Part shown: in pieces, positions 60,063-64,000 of the stretch
Layout of the letters: the number at the start of each line of letters is the position of its first letter
Position numbering within the stretch: the first letter of the stretch is position 1
Assembly (NCBI GenBank): GCA_964106915.2
Contig: OZ066929.1
DNA length: 64,000 nt
Reading direction: 5' to 3' (one strand)
From: Podarcis gaigeae
Lineage: Eukaryota
The notes under the pieces: generated by a model
The model's database searches: none
Told to the model about the DNA's origin: nothing
Seen by the model: the letters and a program-made list of their open reading frames with translations, nothing else
Made by a program: the position numbers and the translations under genes

Positions 60063-63000
60063 ATCCGTCTTGATTTCCATGAGGTGTCCAACTGCGGACA
60101 GTTACTGGCCCTGTGTAGAAGATACAGACTGTGATGTTGGAAGTTGCTACCAGCTTATGGTTTTGGTTTTTTTTTTTTTAACTTTGTCTCTTTTCTGTCT
60201 TTTTCTTTCTTTTCCCTTCCAGTGCTGTTTATTTTTATTTCTTTTTTATTATTATTGAATGGTTGGCAAAGTGTGTGGGGAGCATCGAGGATTCCCTATG
60301 TAATAGAGTTCTTTGTAAAGTACATTCTGCTGTTTGGCACCTCAGTTCCTTTGGGTTTTTAATTCTCGGGCCGAGTCCAACTTGGATTTAGTTTAGTTCC
60401 ATCATTTGCAGAAAATTCTGTGCCTTGTTTTATTTCTTGTTTCGTTGGGAGGGGAGGGGTGGAGAGCAGATGGTTTCATATTCTTTTTTTCTTCCTAGCT
60501 TCTCTTGGAATTGCCTGCTGGGATCCCTTGAAAGTAGACTTGGTTTCTTTTATTTTCTTTTAAGTGTTTTACCTTCATTTTTTTAAACTCCTGGGTTGTT
60601 TTTGGTTGTTGTTGTTGTTGTTTGAAACTGTGTCATCAAAGGAGAACCGGCACACCTTAGATTCCATCGTTTGAAATTCAGTGTATTCATCATCCACCCT
60701 ACTCCCTTGTCATGAGAGCTTGGAAGAACACACTTTTTAGGAGAATGGTTTGCAGCTGCCCAGGTTTCCAACGCAGCAAAGACTAGCCGAAATAGGCTGA
60801 AACGTCCGGAATATGCCCTGCTTTTCATTGAGACCCAGAACCATGCTGAGTTACCTGCAAGCAAAGTGGACCCTGGGAGAGCGCGGAGTCTGTTCTTTAT
60901 TCTAGGTCTATAGATTGACTCCTCTTTGCTGGACATGCCCGTATTGTCTGTACAGGAACAGGGTATTGAGTGAATTTCCCCGGTTCTCACCCTAAACAGC
61001 CGTGACAGATGAGGGCTGCTCCTTTCGTGCAAGTAGGCAAATTTGAGTTGTCGCAGAAGGGAAAGCGGGGAGGGAAGAAATGCAAAGTTCTGCTCTAATT
61101 ATTTTCTGTTGCAAATGATCCCCACGCTGGCTCCCAATTGGCCTCGCATTGCTGTAATTTACAGGAAACAGGAAAAAGAAAAAACTTTGTGATGTGAAAG
61201 GAATATGAATCGGCCGACTTCTTTTTCTTTTTCTTCATTATTATGTTATCTGTCTTGGTTTGCCCCCTTCTTCTTCCTCTCTTCTTCTCTTTTGTATCTT
61301 GCTAAAGAGGGCACAGAGGGTGAGGCGCTATGATTGCGGCCTGCAGGTACTGTACATTACAGGTATTGGTCATGCTGAGGTATCCGTCCACAGACTGTGT
61401 GGAACTTTTCATTCCTTCAGATTTGACTTCACAAAAGGCAGGAGGGGAGAGAAGAAAAGACGCCTTGTTTTCATGCTGGACTGCCCTGCATCTCTGTTCC
61501 AGAAAGGTCAGAGCAGAGGTGGAAAAATCAGCATGGAAGGTTTTTTTTTCCTCTTCCAGTTACTCAATCCAAACTCTTAAACGCTGAGTTTGTATGAGGA
61601 AAGCAAGAATACATATATATATATATATATTCTTTATTTCCCTTTCCCTGACTCTGTACCTTCCAAACGCAGCCCCTGGCCTCCTTCCTCAGCCTTAAGA
61701 GCCATCTGCCAATAAATTACTGATCCTTGCATGATGGTAGTCATGGTGAAGAGATAACTAAAAATAAGTTTACCTTGTGAGTGTTGGAGATCTGAAGCCT
61801 CGGGAGGAAGAGACCAAGTCTGTGTGTCTGCCACTTCCTTTCCTTTCCTGGGGAGGAGGAAACATGGTATCCCACCCCCCTTGGGGATAATATGCTGCTT
61901 CTAAACCCTTTTACCAAAAGGAGAAAGCGACGTGTGATGTGAATCAGGATTTTTTTTTTTTAAATGAGGCACCAGATAAAGGATTGGCATTAAGAAGAGG
62001 CTAGCTCATGAGGGAACCCCTCATTTCCTTACGGAATTAAGGAATTTGAAGGATTAATTTTAGCGGCAGTCATGTTACGTACATGCAAAGTTTTATTAGG
62101 GGAGAATATCATCTCTAGATGTATTTTAAAAGGCTTAAAAAAATAGTTATATTTGTGGGTTTTAGGTTTGTTTAATTGTTGGCAGAGCCATTCAGATGCT
62201 ACCTTTCAACACAAAATAAAACCCCTTTCCCCACTTCTTTTTCGTACAGTATTTTCCTTCCCCGCCCCCCCTCTCCTTTAGAACCATGAAAACGCAATTG
62301 ACCTCTTGCAAAGTTTTGTAACATGCCCTTCTTGTTTCTCTGCCTTCTGTACTGCTTGAGACAACAGGTCAACCCCATGGAAGGGCAAAGACAGTGATTG
62401 AAAAATTGTGGGGGTGGGTTTTGGGGAGGGGGCTTTTTTCTACCCATTGATCACAGAACTGGCATACCGTTCCCTGAGCAGCTCATCTTTGTTTTGAAAA
62501 GTGTACAGTCGTGCAAGTGTTCCCAATGTAACTTTGACTTAATAATGTTGACATGTCTCAGGTTCATGTGTTTTGATTGGTGTTTTCCGTCTCAGGTAGA
62601 TCGCGAAAAGTTTTTGGCCCCACACGTTGGAAGAGAACACAACGAGCAACCACAACAGGAACTGATGGGTTTTAGTTGTATATCAAGTTTTAAAGGGTTT
62701 TTACTTTTCTTTCCCCCCGCCCCCCTGCAAGTATACAGTGCACTGTTTGAAATGTATTGTTAAGTATTGATTTGTACAGGGTTAGATTACAAGGATTTTG
62801 TTAAGAGTGGAGAAAGAACAAACTTGTTTCCCAGGGGTTTGCAGCTTGGAGATTTTTCTTGGGCTTTGTGGTTGGGGAGTTTATTTTTTATAACATCAGC
62901 AACAGCAAAATAGGAATGTTGCCAAGAAAAATATGGGATGCATAACTGATGCCAAATAAGCTTGTTCTTTACTCACCGCCAGTGACATTTCGTTACTTCT

Positions 63001-63180
63001 GCCCCCTTAGGCCGATTCTGTTTTAAGGTGTCCATGGACAATGTTGCAGTGTAAGAAAACGCATATTCATATCTTCCCATTCACATTTTGTATTGGTTCA
63101 TGTATACCATTTTTACAAAGAAAAAGAAGTACTATAAAGTATCTGTCTTCTTAATAAAAACAAATTAATGTTACAAAACT
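60063..63180 (+). other. CADM1: CADM1 3'UTR (~3.1 kb; end approximate)
   Basis: U-rich stretch with no recognisable TE, running from the stop codon to AATAAA at 63153 and a downstream U/GU-rich element. Confidence 0.75.
63153..63158 (+). terminator. Probable distal polyadenylation signal
   Basis: AATAAA followed ~25-50 nt later by acttttctgtctcgttttgcactttttgtg. TE relics resume at ~63430. Confidence 0.75.
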
Positions 63181-63429
63181 ACTTTTCTGTCTCGTTTTGC
63201 ACTTTTTGTGGCAGCATCTACAAGGGATGCTCCTAAGTAGGAGGCAGGCTGCCGTGTCCTCAGCCCTGTTTTGGGAGCCCCACCAGACACTATGTTTGTG
63301 TGCTCACCAGTCCTCCATCCCAAAACACACAACTTGGCATCTCAGCTTTTCTTAAACTATCTGTGCCCGTCGCAAGTGCTTCTCTGAGGTCTGCCATGGC
63401 TCCCATTCGTAAGCTGCTTACAGTGTGAT

Positions 63430-63548
63430 GCAATGTGGCACCCTCCAAATTTAGACTACAACTCCCATCAGCCACAGCCAGCATAACCAATGGAAGATGG
63501 GAGTTGTAGTCCACCAACAGCTGCAGGGCCCCAGGTTGGCTAACCTTG
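63430..63548. mobile_element. Palindromic hAT-like MITE downstream of the gene
   Basis: gactacaactcccatc ... gatgggagttgtagtc perfect 16-bp inverted arms. Confidence 0.75.
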
Positions 63549-64000
63549 GTGTGGGTTCACAAGCCCATCCCAAACACCACAAGCAGTTGGCCTTTCACAA
63601 ATTAAACATACCTGGTCTGTGCCCGTCTCTTGGTGAGACTGTGGGTTGTGTTCTTAATTTCCGGCCTCCCCAAAATCCAAGCACGGCTTACCTTCTTTTT
63701 CACCTTTCCTAATTGTAACAATCGCTTAAGGGCTAACTATGCAACTTCTTGCCAGAAATGAAGCACTTATCCCTCCACCTGCCTGGTGGCTGTCACATTC
63801 TTGAGCACACCCTGGCAGGTAGGGAAATGTCTCTGTATTCTAGGCTGGCAGAATGGTGTTTGCTTTTTCTTGCTCGGCCTCGTAGTATTTTTAGAGTTTC
63901 CTCTCCCGCGAAATTATTTGTGCAGAAATGCCCTCTGATGTAGCTGTTAGGGGAGGCTTTCCCCTGAAGCCCCGGTGGTTTCCTTCCCTTCTTTGGAAAG

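Noticed and set aside
1-64000. The known CADM1 recursive splice site, or a novel multi-gene system
   Set aside because: The described recursive site is in intron 1, upstream of this window. I saw no second gene, viral insert or operon-like cluster.

Overview
Vertebrate genomic DNA from a squamate, most likely a lacertid lizard, judged from Sauria/Squam1-, Squam2- and Squam3-type SINEs, BovB/RTE, CR1 and L2 relics. The window holds the 3' two-thirds of one + strand gene, CADM1 (SynCAM1/Necl-2/TSLC1). I can read nine coding exons with canonical AG/GT ends and consistent phases: Ig2/Ig3 exons 4-7, three frame-preserving stalk cassette exons (8, 9, 10), the transmembrane exon and the cytoplasmic exon ending EYFI*. 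A ~3.1 kb 3'UTR follows, with AATAAA at 63153. Exons 1-3 lie upstream of the window. Introns contain TE relics (several with readable TSDs/TIRs), microsatellites and CNE-like blocks. Apart from ORFs overlapping these exons and LINE relics, the ORF track looks like chance. I found no prokaryotic-type system (no CRISPR, operon or phage) and nothing I can call a new biological system with confidence. The best leads are candidate unannotated stalk, poison or secreted-isoform exons around exons 7-9, splicing-control motifs around the 33-nt exon 9, and two strong inverted repeats (41740-41775 and 59167-59307). Comparisons to human CADM1 and all repeat-family names are from memory, not database searches.
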